Assembly (NCBI GenBank): GCA_964016885.1
Contig: OZ024741.1
Span: forward strand, 165,540,001-165,604,000
DNA length: 64,000 nt
Source of the DNA: Eledone cirrhosa
Lineage: Eukaryota
Reading direction: 5' to 3'
The notes beneath the pieces are model-generated. The model saw only the letters and a program-made list of their open reading frames with translations. It had not been told where the DNA came from and did no database searches. Below are positions 26,387 to 40,114 of this stretch, piece by piece. The position numbers and the translations under genes were made by a program. How positions within the stretch are numbered: position 1 is the first letter of the stretch; every line of letters starts with the position of its first letter.

Positions 26387-26607
26387 CCCATTAGCATCTA
26401 CATTACTCTATATATACTATTATATTTTCATGGTAAAAGCTTTACTTCACATAGTTATCTTACATAATATTGAATCCATGAGATTTCGATATCATTTATT
26501 TTGAGAACAATTCCTTAACATCAGTATGAGTGGCAGGTTACAACCAGTTTGAAAAGAAAGAGGTGAGAGAATTCTGGCTGGATATGGCCGGTTTAAATGC
26601 TAATGGG
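26387..26607. mobile_element. TTAA-type (piggyBac-like) MITE family 1
   Basis: TTAA-CCCATTAGCAT ... ATGCTAATGGG. Confidence 0.75.
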
Positions 26608-28154
26608 TTGGGCCGGGGGTATTTCTTGTTTGTTTTCTTGCATACTTTTTTCTTTTTAATTTTAATTTTATTTCATTCAAACAATTTAAGTCAGAAATTG
26701 AATGACTTGTAAAATAAAAAAAATTTCATTCAACCCTTTTGTACAAAACTGCCTGAAACCAGCACTGGTTCTATGATACACAGCTGTTTGTTATAAAGCG
26801 TTTATATTCAACTAATTATAAAGAAAAAACACAAACGAATAGGGCTTAAAGAGTCTCATGAGATAAAAAGGAGAAAAGGTGGGGGGGGGGTATAAAACTG
26901 AAAGATTATGATGGTTATTGGTTTTTGTCAAAATAAAAAAAAAATAAAATCAGCTACCTTTTAGCTACATTTTATTAAAGGTGTAAAAATACAGTTAACT
27001 CTGTTGGCTATTTTTGAAATAGAATCTTCAAATGTTGGTTTCGGATTCACAGATACTGAACAGTGATATATATATATACATATATATTAGATCTGAAAAT
27101 AATGGTTTCTAATTTAGCCACAAGGCCAATATTTTGGGTGAGGAGAAAGTCAATTGAATTGATCTCAGTGCATTACTGGTACTTTATTTTATTATTTTAT
27201 TGAGCCTCGTAAGGATGAAAGGTAAAACTAACCTCAGTGGGATTTGAACTCAAAACGTAAAGGGACATAATTCTATGCCACTAAGTATGTTGATCGACAT
27301 TCTATTAATTAGGTCTGAACATAATGGGATCATGTTTATATTTATTTAAAAACCTTCCATTATAATTTCACAGAAAAACCTTAATTAAGTTATATTTCAA
27401 ATAGCAGCTTAATAATTGTTTCTTTTGGCACAAGGCCAGCAATTATCTCACTGCATTACTGGTGCTTCATTTTATCAACCCCATAAGGATGAAAGGCAGA
27501 GTTAACCTCGGTGGGATTTGAACTCTGACCGTAAAGGGCCGTAACTCTGTCCTGTAAAGCATGGCATCCGACCCTCTACGATACTGCCAATCCAGAGAAC
27601 GTTATATTATTAAATCCTTTCAAATTTTTTTATTATTTTCAAAATCATAGACAGTCTTTCATTAGCAATATGGTAATGAAAAGGTTAATAAAAGCAAATA
27701 AATGTAATTAATTGTCAAGAAAGAAAAAAAACAGAAAATATGTTACAATTTTATCTTCACTAAATTATGAGTTTTCCATTGAAGGTGTCATTACTCGATC
27801 TGTTCATTAAATTATTAGTTTCCTATTCAGAGTGTCATTTTTTATGTCAACATTAAAATAACCAATAATTATGCCAGGCTATATTATAGGTGCCAAATTA
27901 GCAGAGTCGTTAGAATGTCGGATAGAATGTTTTATGGTATTCGTTCTGGCGCTCTGCTCTTGACGTTCAAATCCTGCTGAGGTCAACTTTGCCTATCATC
28001 TTTTCGCGGTTGATAAAAAAAGTACCAGTCAAGCACTGGACAATTTTTCCTCTCTCTGGAGAAGGGTGGGCTCCGCCAAGCTTAAAATGCCCCAAACACA
28101 CTGTATATCAATACGGCACCCCTATCAGGAGTTACGGGACCATACCATATTTAA

Positions 28155-28373
28155 CCCTTTAATGTTCAAACCAGCCAATTTCGGCCAGAATTCTCTACCT
28201 CTTTCTGTTGAAACTGGCTGTAACTGGCCACTCAAACTGATGTTAAGGTATTGTTCTCAAAATAAATACTTTCAAAATCTCATAGATTCAATATTATGTG
28301 AGATATTATGTGAGGTAAAGCCTTTATCATGAAAATATAATAGTATATATAGAGTAATGTGAATGCTAAAGGG
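28155..28373. mobile_element. TTAA-type (piggyBac-like) MITE family 1
   Basis: TTAA-CCCTTTA...TAAAGGG-TTAA; further copies at 36215-36435, 48700-48905 (partial) and 62435-62644. Confidence 0.85.
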
Positions 28374-28640
28374 TTAACTTAACTCTTAACGTTCTCTACT
28401 ACATGAAACTGCATTAGCAAAGACATTCTTGAAAATGTATAATACCAACCTAAGACTGCATCAGATTAAAATTTAAAGTCCTTACTTTAATATTACAAAT
28501 CTTCACAACAGTATGTCCATTAATAAAGATACTATAAACATCTGAATTAACAAACCCATTTTAAAATATTTTTCTGCTAAACTATTACAGGATGTTAAAG
28601 AGTTAACTCCACATGGTTGTACATGTTAGCTCAGGCTACG

Positions 28641-29995
28641 TCTAACTTAATACCTCCACATGGTAGCACACATTTCTCTATTATATCCCAGTCTATATGT
28701 AACTTAATACCTCCACATGGTAGTACATATTTCTCTATTATATCCCAGTCTATATCTAACTTATTAGCTCCACATGGTAGTACATATTTCTCTATTATAT
28801 CCCAGTCTATATCTAACTTAATAGCTCTACATGGTAGTACATATTTCTCTATTATATCCCAGTCTATATCTAACTTACTAGCTCCACATGGTAGTACATA
28901 TTTTTCTATTATATCCCAGTCTATATCTAACTTAATAGCTCCACATGGTAGTACATATTTCTCTATTATATCCCAGTCTATATCTAACTTAATACCTCCA
29001 CATGGTAGTACATATTTCTCTATTATATCCCAGTCTATATCTAACTTAATAGCTCTACATGGTAGTACATATTTCTCTATTATATTCCAGTCTATATCTA
29101 ACTTACTAGCTCCACATGGTAGTACATATTTCTCTATTATATCCCAGTCTATATCTAACTTAATAGCTCTACATGGTAGTACATATTTCTCTATTATATT
29201 CCAGTCTATATGTAACTTAATAGCTCCACATGGTAGTACATATTTCTCTATTATATCCCAGTCTATATGTAACTTAATACCTCCACATGGTAGTACATAT
29301 TTCTCTATTATATCCCAGTCTATATCTAACTTACTAGCTCCACATGGTAGTACATATTTTTCTATTATATCCCAGTCTATATCTAACTTAATACCTCCAC
29401 ATGGTAGTACATATTTCTCTATTATATCACAGTCTATATGTAACTTAATACCTCCACATGGTAGTACATATTTCTCTATTATATCCCAGTCTATATCTAA
29501 CTTAATACCTCCACATGGTAGTACATATTTCTCTATTATATCCCCAGTCTATATCTAACTTAATACCTCCACATGGTAGTACACAATTTTCTATTATATC
29601 CTAGGCTATGTCTAACTTAATACCTCCACATGGTAGTACATATTTTTCTATTATGTCCCAGGCTATGTCTAACCTAATACCTCCACATGGTAGTACATAT
29701 TTTTCTATTATATCCCAGTCTATATCTAACTTACTAGCTCCACATGGTAGTACATATTTTTCTATTATATCCCAGTCTATATCTAACTTAATACCTCCAC
29801 ATGATAGTACATATTTTTCTATTATATCCCAGTCTAGATCTAACTTATTAGCTCCACATGATAGTACATATTTTTCTATTATATCCCCAGTCTATATTTA
29901 ATTTATTAGCTCTACATGGTAGTACATATTTCTCTATTATATCCCCAGATTATGTCTAGCTCAATACCTCCCCATGGTAGTACATATTTCCCCAT
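28641..29995. repeat. 57-bp minisatellite, ~24 copies
   Basis: Unit CTAACTTAATACCTCCACATGGTAGTACATATTTCTCTATTATATCCCAGTCTATAT. Confidence 0.97.
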
Positions 29996-30990
29996 TATTA
30001 AAACTCATAATTAGGCAACCGATGGAACACTAGCCAATACTGTGTTTATAAAATTCAAACATAATTACTAGAATTAGCAGAGAGATGAGATTAACTGAAT
30101 CAATAAGAAATCATTGAGGAAAAGTAAGGTGTTTTTGTCTGCTATGAGAAAAAATATTATGTAGTGCAGAATCATTGGGGCAAATTGGCAAAGTTGTTGG
30201 GGTGTTCAATTAAAGATGTTTCAGTATTTGTTCTGGATCACAGTAATCTGAGTTCAAATTTTGCTGAAGTCAATTTTGCCTTTCATCCTTTTGAGGTTAA
30301 TAAATATAATTGTTTCTACTTTAGGCACAAGGCCAGCAATTACCCAGTGCATTACTGGTACTTTATTTTATCGACCCCGTAAGGATGAAAGGCAAAGTCA
30401 ACCTTGGTGGGATTTGAACTCAGATCATAAAGGGACGTAACTATGCTGGAAAGCATGGCGTCCGACCCTCTATCGATACTGCCAATACCATTGAAGTACT
30501 ACTGGAGCTGGCATGGCTGGCTGACTGAATCTCTCTCTCTCTCTTTTACACACACACAGACCGACAGACAGAAATCAGCTATGCTCCAACTTCCAAAGGG
30601 GTGGGCTCCACCTGCTTTCAAATGTCCAAGACACAGTAACATGGCATCTTTAAGACTCCATTAGGAGTTAAGGAACTCTTATTTACTATATATTCAGAAT
30701 CATTGTGGTTCACAAACAAATCTAAAGGCTGGTACTTAACTCTTTTGATACCAACCTGCATGAGACTTCACCTGATCCTATCATACAAAACTGTCCATTT
30801 TAAAGTTCCTAAACTTAAACCTGCTTTCAACGTTGTGTATAAGAACCCTTATTTAGGTTATGTTCCAAACAACAGCTTCATAATGAAGAAATTAGTTTAT
30901 TAAATCCTTCCTAATTATTGATTATTTGAAACATATGGACAATGTATTTGGTATGAAATATGGTCACAAAAGGATTAAAGAAGTAAATTA

Positions 30991-31526
30991 CAAGGGGGCT
31001 TCAAAAAGTTTGTGGGAAAAGGACAGTTTAAGTTTTGGTGTTTATTTTTCCACATATGCTCCATCTAGGTCAATACACTTCTGCAAACCTTGATACCAGC
31101 CTTTAAGTCTATCTGTGTAAAACTGAGGGCCATGCTATTTAAACCATATCAAATCAGCTTTTTTTACATCTTCAACTGAGGATCATCTTCAACCTCATCT
31201 CTTCCACTTCTAAACTGACTTATCCATTTGTAGGTTGTTGATTTCTTTGAGCAATTGTCCCCATAAACTTGCTCCAGTGCATCAATGATTTGGCTGCTCT
31301 TTCAACCTAGCTTCACCATGAACCTGATGTTTTGTTGAAGGCCATGCTGCTTGATCAGGTGCTGACTTCCGACTGGCGCAGCCACGTTGCAACATGCATT
31401 TAAGGGTTCATGTTAGAACAAGTTCTGACATTTTAGTATGAGAACATACAGGAGCATTGAGATCAAAATCCTTGCATAGGATTTTTAACTATGTACTTTT
31501 TCCACAAACTTTTTGAAGCCCCCTCG
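30991..31526. mobile_element. Non-autonomous mariner-like element
   Basis: ~30-bp TIRs CAAGGGGGCTTCAAAAAGTTTGTGG / CCACAAACTTTTTGAAGCCCCCTCG with a TA target duplication. Confidence 0.88.
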
Positions 31527-32385
31527 TATTTTTCACTAAGATAACTTTGCATCCCTTTGTGTAGATGTTAGCTGAACAAATCTTTATTTCATTGCTTCCT
31601 AAGATAGGTCTGGAGAGTCTCAGGTTTCCATAAAATATTCTGCAAAATAAAGTGTCATTTAATAAAATTTCATAAAATTTAATTATATTTTTTTAAATAT
31701 AAATAAATTCTTTCTCTAAAATATTTTTTGCCTCATTTAATATTTTATTAAAATTAGAGTAGTTGAGATTGTCTGGAGTTATGTGTTTCATCTCAAAATA
31801 ATTTAGGTCCTTTACTCTAGTCAATGAGAACATGTGGTACCTAGTTATGTTTATCTTAATCAGGCTGCAATCTACCTCTAGTAAATATTCAGCTAGCAAG
31901 GAATTCTGTACCTGGTTGCTCAACCTGCTAGAAATTGCAGTTAACTCTACCAAACTCTTCCTCAAATGCTACCCTAGCAGCTTACAGGATAAACTAATGC
32001 TGATTATAATATGGATTTGAATTCATATAATAGTTTCTGTTTTAGACACAATGCCAACAATTTTAGGGGAGGGGAAAGTTGATTCAATCGGCCCCAGTGA
32101 ATTACTGGTTCTTTATTTTATCGATCCCGTAAGGATGAAAGGCAAAGATAACCTCGGTGGGATTTGAACTCAGAACGTAAAGGGCCGTAACTATGCCGCA
32201 AAACAGAGTATCCAACGCTCTACTGATCACTGCCAATCCACCATTTAAATTAGTTTTTCTTTTCTACTCGAGTGTGGTGCTGTGCTTTATTTTACTGACA
32301 CTGAAAGGATGAAAAACAAAGTAAACCTCAGTAGGATTTTAATTTAGAATATCAAGAGACAGTAAACATATAAGGTATATTGTGC

Positions 32386-32925
32386 TACTCTAACCAATTC
32401 ACTACTCTAACCAAATCACCACTTTAACCAATTCACTACTCTAACCAAATCACCACTAACCAATTCACTACTCCAACCAATTCACTACTGTAACCAATTC
32501 ACTACTCTAACCAAATCACCACTTTAACCAATTCACTACTGTAACTAATTCACTACTCTAACCAAATCACTACTTTAACCAATCTCTATCTATCTAAGGC
32601 GGGTAAAATTCCCGAGATCCATGGACAAGTTCTCTCCAGCGGTCTCTGTCCCTCATTATCGCTGCCATATCCTGCATCTCCAACAGACCAGTGTCTGTCC
32701 TTAGGGCATCAACATATGTTAACCTTGGTCTTCCTCTTCTAGTGTGTCCAATTCACTTTAACCAATTCACTTCTCTAACCAATTCACTACTCTAACCAAA
32801 TCACCACTTTAACCAATTCACCACTGTAACTAATTCACTACTCTAACCAAATCACTACTTTAACCAATTCACTACTTTAACCAATTCACTACTCTAACCA
32901 AATCACTACTCTAACCAATTCACTG
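32386..32925. repeat. 17-bp minisatellite (ACTCTAACCAATTCACT) interrupted by a LINE fragment
   Basis: Directly visible; resembles the degenerate head of the adjacent SINE B. Confidence 0.9.
32584..32747 (-). mobile_element. 3' end of another RTE-like LINE
   Basis: Translates as TRRGRPRLTYVDALRTDTGLLEMQDMAAIMRDRDRWRELV...; (GATA)n tail. Confidence 0.75.
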
Positions 32926-33358
32926 CTTCTGCCAATGCAAATCTAGTTCTTTGAATGATAGATAACTACTGATTAAGTCTAAATCTTTCTGATATGTCAT
33001 TCTGACTACTTGTAAACATGTTATTAGAATATATTTTGCACTTGGTAATTTATAGATTAAATTAGTGTCCTAAACTAATGTTTTCCTGTAAGCCATTTCT
33101 TGCTGAATCTAAAAAAGTGACTAGTACTGATATTGTTTACAGGTCTATATATAGGGTTGTTAAAAAGAAAACAGGATGGTCACTGCCGGAATGTACAGGA
33201 GGGTAGGGGGAGGTCAATGTGATTGACTAAACCTTTGATAGCTGTGCCCCAACATGGCCACAGTCAAATGAGTCAAATCTGTAAAAGAATATGTATAAAT
33301 GTGTGTGAGTGTATGTGTGTATTTACACTGGTACACCGATACAGTTCTGTGGTTCAAC

Positions 33359-33640
33359 CAGAGGCATAACTAGGGAAAATAGCACCTATGGCAAGCAGTG
33401 AAAGTGTGCCCCTGCCCATCACTGTATATTTACCAATGGACCTAATAATTTATATAAATGGTTTAATGATCCAGTCACCATAGTGTTCTGACCCATGATA
33501 ATCAGAGACAGATCATACATCTGAAGGAGTTTCTTTTTTCACTCTCCAACGAGGCTTTATTTGACTTTAATAGAACGTGCTCCTAGTCCAAGTGGTACCA
33601 TGGCACATGCCATAATTACCATAACCTAGTTACACCCCTG
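33359..33640. mobile_element. hAT-type MITE
   Basis: TIRs CAGAGGCATAACTAGG / CCTAGTTACACCCCTG; imperfect 8-bp TSD GGTTCAAC/GATCCAAC. Confidence 0.7.
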
Positions 33641-34235
33641 GATCCAACATGTGAAATTCAGTGGACTATATACATTGATGGTGATGACAAAAAATACAAT
33701 GATATGAAAACCATAAATATATACATTAAAAGACTAAAACGTTAGTGTCTGGCATTCTCACATGGCTACTAAGATACCTAAGACATGATCACACCTGAAA
33801 ACAGTTACAGCAAGATTTATATGTTTATTATACATAAATATATCATCTAGGCCTTTATATACACCTCAATTATACACATTAAAAAGCAGACTTAGAACTT
33901 CTCATGTCTATAAAATCACTTATTTTACTAGATGATTCGATTGAATCAATAGAAAATACTGTTTACTTTAAACAGGTTTATTTTACAAAGTACAATTGTC
34001 ATAAAATATTCACAGATCAACTGTTTATCTAAGTAGTTTTTTTTTGTGTGCGTGTGTGTGTGTGTGGGGGGGGGGTCTTATGTTGGTTTGTTTTTCATAG
34101 GTTACTAAAGAGAAAATATAAAAATTGATGGTATTTTGGAAATTTTCATAAACGATTTAATGCTAAGTTGAATATAGCTAAAGTCTGGGATTCAAATATT
34201 AGCATGAGAAAATAGGTTATATATATATATAGTGT

Positions 34236-34450
34236 AGGCATGTGGCTGAGTGGTTAGAGAATTGGATTTGCAATTGTGTGGTTGTGAGTTCAATTCCTGG
34301 ACTGGGCAATGTGTTATGTCCTTGGGCAAGACACGTTATTTCATGTTGCTCCTTCTATCTGGAGTTGCGACTGATAGATAGTATTAGCAACTGGAAAGAC
34401 TAATGGAAACCCTGTTTCCTCAGTTCGATTTGACGAAAAGTCGATTGACT
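34236..34450 (+). mobile_element. SINE family D
   Basis: Homolog of 2503-2718. Confidence 0.75.
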
Positions 34451-35422
34451 GTCGATATATATATATATCATCATCATCATCGTTTAACGTCTATCTTCCA
34501 CGCTAGCATGGGTTTAAACGGGAGTTGTCGTACTTGAGGCAAGAATGGTCAGGTGACCATGTCTCGCTCGTATAGGCAGGTTTTCTACGGCTGGATGCCC
34601 TTCCTAACACCAATCACGTTTATTTATATATATGGGTGTGTGTATGTGTATAGAGTCTGCAGTGCTACAACTGGGGAGATCTCTAATCATGGGAGTACTG
34701 AATGCACACAATCTGAAACTGGTTGGCGGTACAGTCAGGATTTTATCTCTCTCTCTCTCTCTCTCTCTCACTATATATATATATATATAAGATGGCTGCA
34801 ATTCAATTTCAAGTGATGCTATCGCTTGATACTTAGGATGTCAGATATGAAGGCGAAACCTGTGCAGGGCAAAGGAGAGGTAAGGAGTAGAAGAATTTAG
34901 AATAAAGGTTTGAGGGAAAGCTGATGAATGACAAAGAAGCACCACCAATTAATAAAAATAGTGGTCAGCTGTGGAAACATAAAGTGATGCTGATATATAT
35001 ATATAGAGAGAGATATACTTTAAAGTATTACCAAATACGGATTCACATTAAATATTGATTTACAATTGTTTCGTCCACAATAGGATTTTGAAATTTTTTT
35101 CCAAGAACACCTTTTTCCAAGGGAACATTACCTTATTTTGAGCTGTTTTATCTTCTCCACCTACTTATTTCCAGTTTTTATATTTTTTAAAAACAATATA
35201 TATATATAAGATGTCAACATGAATGAACCTGTTATTTTTATCGAAAGACATTTTTTCCAATTCCAACCCGCCCGTCCCTTCAATCTACCTTATTTCTCAT
35301 TCTTTCTTCTGATGAAGGACTAGCGTCCAAAACGTCTTCCTGCTATTGCAAGTGTTAACCTAATATATTCCTTCTAAATTCTGTAGCGATTGTGTTGTTA
35401 TTTCTGTTTACCTTTTACATAC

Positions 35423-35466
<44 letters not shown>

Positions 35467-36714
35467 TCATATGTATCATCATTTAAAACATGTTAAATGA
35501 TTATATATCAGCATCATCAATTTTTATATCTATTTTTCCATGCTTGCATGGGTCAGATGGGTTGTCCACATTGGGAGACAAGTCTGGCCAGAGTTGGCCG
35601 TGCCGTACCTTGCTTCAATGAGGACTAAATTTGGACGGTTATTTTACAGCTGGAGACCTTCCTAAATCCAACCAAATTTACAGTGTGGAATTGGATGACA
35701 CCGTTATGAGGAGGGACAGGCCAGTTGGCTTCGCCGGACCCCTCTCACAGAGGAACCATAGTTTTGGAGCCAGGTACTGGATGGCACCGATATAAGGAGC
35801 CTAACCCATCTCACAGCATAGTCATAGTTTTGGAGCCTGGTACTGGATGGCACCAACATGAAGATATATATATGCACACACACTTACAATCATCATCAAC
35901 ACTGTTCTACTGCAAAAAAATCATTATAAAAGGATCTATCGTTAAACTAAAGCAAACAAATAAACCAGTTAATCATGTTGCTAGCTTGTATTTAACTGTA
36001 TAATGTAATATAGGTTATCGGAATATTATAGAGTAGAGATTGTTGAGCAGTCTATGTAAACATTTCAGTAGTTATCTCTACTACAGTGATACCATCAGTA
36101 CTTAGGAGTTGTTGAACTATGATCAAAGACATTCCATCTGAGACCATTTTGCCTTTATTGGCGAGGAGGAATATCTAGGACTGCATTATCTAATGTGTGT
36201 CTTTCCTTTTTTAACCCTTCAGCATTTAAACAAGCCATATCTGACCAGAATTCTCTCACCTCTTTCTGTTCAAACCGGCCATAACCAGCTACGCATACTT
36301 ATGTTCAGGTATTGTTCTGAAAATGAATAATATCAAAACCTCGTAGATTCAATATTATGTGAGATAATTGTGTGAGATGAAGTGTTTACTATAAAAATAC
36401 ATTAGTAAATATAGAGTAATGTAAATGCTAAAAGGTTAAAGAAGGTGAGGTGTGACTTTAGGAAGATTTTAGCAGCTACTACTAGCAGCCATATAAGACA
36501 AGCAAGTCAAACATGCAACCCGCACAAAGGTTTTTACAGCATGAGCATAATATAAAATGAAAAATATTAGTTGTAATGTGTGCAATTAGTTGTCAATGTG
36601 TGGCCCTCAGACAATACATGTGACCCATGTGACTCTCAAGGGACCCTCAGTTTGACACAATGTAACACCTATATATATATATCACAACATATCAATACAT
36701 TACAAAAACACATT

Positions 36715-37322
36715 GATATTTCACAACACACAAACACCAAGATATGTCACAACACACCAACATCAAGATGTGTCACAACACAAGATGTGTCACAACACAC
36801 CAACACCAAGATATGTCACAACACACCGACACCAAGACATGTCACAACTCCAAGATATGTCACAACACAAGATATGTCACAACACTCCAACACCAAGATA
36901 TGTCACAAAAAAGATATGTCACAACACACCAACACCAAGATGTGTCACAACACACCAACACCAAGATATGTCACAACATACCGACACCAAGATATATCAC
37001 AACACACAGACACCAAGACATGTCACAACACCAAGATATGTCACAACATAAGATATGTCACAACACACCAACACCAAGATATATCACAACACAGACACCA
37101 AGACATGTCACAACACCAAGATATGTCACAACATAAGATATGTCACAACACACCAACACCAAGATATATCACAACACACAGACACCAAGACATGTCACAA
37201 CACAAGATATGTCACAACACACCAACACCAAGATATATCACAACACACAGACACCAAGACATGTCACAACACCAAGACATGTCACAACACCAAGATATGT
37301 CACAACACCAAGATATGTCACC
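36715..37322. repeat. Composite 17-26-bp minisatellite (ATGTCACAACAC[ACCAACAC]CAAGAT)
   Basis: Directly visible. Confidence 0.93.
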
Positions 37323-37649
37323 ATGACCAAAATAACAAACAAATAAAATATATAAAATATCGAAATAATAATTGTTTCTACTTTTGGCACAAGGCCAGCA
37401 GAGTGTGTGTGTGTGCACACGTGCGTGTGTGTGTGTGCACGCGGGCATATGTGTTTTGTATATATGAGCATGAGTGTGTGCATATAGCTAGTGTAGGTGA
37501 GTGTGTGCGCATCTGAGTGTACGCACCTGACTGTGCATGTATGTATGATTTTGCAAGCAGGGTAAAGCAGACGTAAAATGATGATGATGATGTATGTATA
37601 TGTACGTTCACACAATGTGTGTGTTTTGTGTATTTGAGTGTGTGTGTGT

Positions 37650-37900
37650 AGCAAGTGTAGGTGTGTGAATATATGTGTATCAATGTGTGCATGTGTGTGT
37701 GTGCTATGTGTGTGGTGAATATATGTGTATCAATGTGTCCATGTGTGTGCTATGTGTGTGGTGAATATATGTGTATCAATGTGTGCATGTGTGTGTGTGC
37801 TGTGTGTGGTGAATATATGTGTATCAATATGTCCATGTGTGTGTGTGTGTGCTATGTGTGTGGTGAATATATGTGTATCAATGTGTGCATGTGTGTGTGT
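37650..37900. repeat. ~41-47-bp GT-rich tandem repeat (GGTGAATATATGTGTATCAATG...)
   Basis: About 5 copies. Confidence 0.8.
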
Positions 37901-37997
37901 GCATCTGAGTGTTCATGTATGTATGTATGTTTGTGCATGCATACAGGAATGTATGTTTGCACATGCACACCATATTCAAAACAGATAACTAGTTTAA

Positions 37998-38400
37998 CCC
38001 TTTACCATTTACATTACTCTATATTTACTATTATATGATATTTTCATGGTAAAGGCTTTACCTCACATAATATCAAATCTATGTGATTTTTATGTTATTT
38101 TGGTATAAGTGGTCAGTTATGACAGTTTAGAACAGAAAGAGGTGAGAGAATTCTGACTGGATACAACCAGTTTAACCCTTTAATGTTCACACCGGCCCAA
38201 ATTCTCTACCTTTTTCTGTTGAAACTGGCTGTAACTGGTCACTCAAACTGATGTTAAGGTATTGTTCTCAAAATAATTACTTTCAAAATCTCATAGATTC
38301 GATATTATGTGAGATAATTATACGAGATAAAGCCTTTACCATGAAAATATAATAGTATATATAGAGTAATGTGAATGCTATAGGGTTAAATGCTAAAGGG
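37998..38400. mobile_element. Nested TTAA MITEs (inner copy 38176-38385)
   Basis: The inner element is flanked by TTAA duplications (38172, 38386) inside the outer element's right end. Confidence 0.85.
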
Positions 38401-39078
38401 TTAAAGTCAGAAACAACAGTATGTCTAAAATCAGTAAGGTCTTGAGTGATTCCTAGCAACATGTTTTGTCTTTGAGCTTTATTTCACATTGCTCCAGTCC
38501 CACACGGCTGGCAAAAATGAGCTGTACCTGTAATTAAAAGGGGCTAGATATGTCGCATACTGCATCATGTTGAATCTACCTAAGTATTACATTAATGGTA
38601 CACATGTCTGTGGAATACTCAACCACTTGCATGTTAATTTCACAAGCAGGCTGTTCTATTGAATCAACTGGGAGACTCATCATTGGAACTGACAAGGCCA
38701 CACACATACACATACACATACACTAGGATGGAAGAAAATGATATAGGAAATAAAGATGAAAGATACTCCCTTGACCCACTCTTTTTTCTGTTGTTTAATC
38801 AGAGAACAACCAGCAGTATCCATACAAGGGGAAAGAGGAGATGGGTATTGTTATAGCAGAGATCTGGTCAGAAAGCTTGTAACATAGTGGACTCTGCTAA
38901 AAACACCTAAGGTTTTGGTAGTGTTTAACTAGCTAACTGATTATGCCTATCACCCATATAGGCCATGACAGACTTTTATCTCCCAATACAGTGGCATTCA
39001 AACTCAGAATACAAAGGGCCAGAATAAATAACACTAACTATTCTACTAATCTCCCTTCCTGGACTGGTACTTTATTTA

Positions 39079-40114
39079 CCATATATACTCAAATATAAAC
39101 ATATCTGAATATAAGCCAGCCTTCTATTTTATGTCTGAGAAATAGTAAAATATATCAAAACATACCAAAAACAATAGGAAGTACGAATTTCACATCAAAA
39201 GTGAAACTGGTGCAATATTCACCACCAAAGTGAAACTGATGTAAAATTCACCTCCAAAGCGAAACTGGTGTAATATTCACCTCCAAAGCGAAACTGGTGT
39301 AATATTCACCTCCAAAGTGAAACTGGTGTAATATTTGCCTCCAAAGTGAAACTGGTGTAATATTCACCTCCAATGTGAAACCGGTATAATATTCACCACC
39401 AAAGTGAAACTGGTGTAATATTCACCTCCAAAGTGAAACTGGTGTAATATTCACCTCCAAAGCGAAACTGGTGTAATATTCACCTCCAAAGTGAAACTGG
39501 TGTAATATTCACCTCCAAAGTGAAACTAGTGTAATATTCAGCTCCAAAGGGAAACAGGTGAAATATTCACCTCCAAAGTGAAACTGGTGTAATATTCACC
39601 TCCAAAGTGAAACTGGTGTAATATTCACCTCCAAAGCGAAACTGGTGTAATATTCACCTCCAAAGGGAAACCAATGCAATATTCACCTCCAAAGCGAAAC
39701 AGGTGAAATATTCACCTCCAAAGTGAAACTGGTGTAATATTCACCTCCAAAGTGAAACTGGTGTAATATTCACCTCCAAAGTGAAACAGGTGAAATATTC
39801 ACCTCCAAAGGGAAACCAATGCAATATTCACCTCCAAAGTGAAACTGGTGTAATATTCACCTCCAAAGTGAAACAGGTGTAATATTCACCTCCAAAGTGA
39901 AACAGGTGAAATATTCACCTCCAAAGGGAAACCAATGCAATATTCTCCTCCAAAGTAAAAGTATTTTAGCACCTCATTTTCATAGAATTTTGTAATGAGT
40001 GAAAATTGGCAAAATATTGACCTTGAATATAAGCTGACCCCAACCACCATTTTATCATCAATTTTTTTTTTTTTTTTGTCACATATATATTGGCTTATAT
40101 AAGAGTATATACAG
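39079..40114. mobile_element. pogo/Tc1-mariner-type MITE carrying an internal array
   Basis: Imperfect TIRs CCATATATACTCAAATATAA / TTATATAAGAGTATATACAG; repeated GAATATAAGC motif. Confidence 0.6.
39189..39957. repeat. 29-bp minisatellite, ~26 copies
   Basis: Unit TTCACCTCCAAAGTGAAACTGGTGTAATA with an internal TTCAC/GTGAA hairpin. Confidence 0.97.

Noticed and set aside
36580-37516. T/H/Q-rich 110-248-aa ORFs
   Set aside because: All frames are open because of a low-complexity minisatellite.
39189-39957. CRISPR-like 29-bp palindromic repeat
   Set aside because: No spacers; it is a simple tandem minisatellite.
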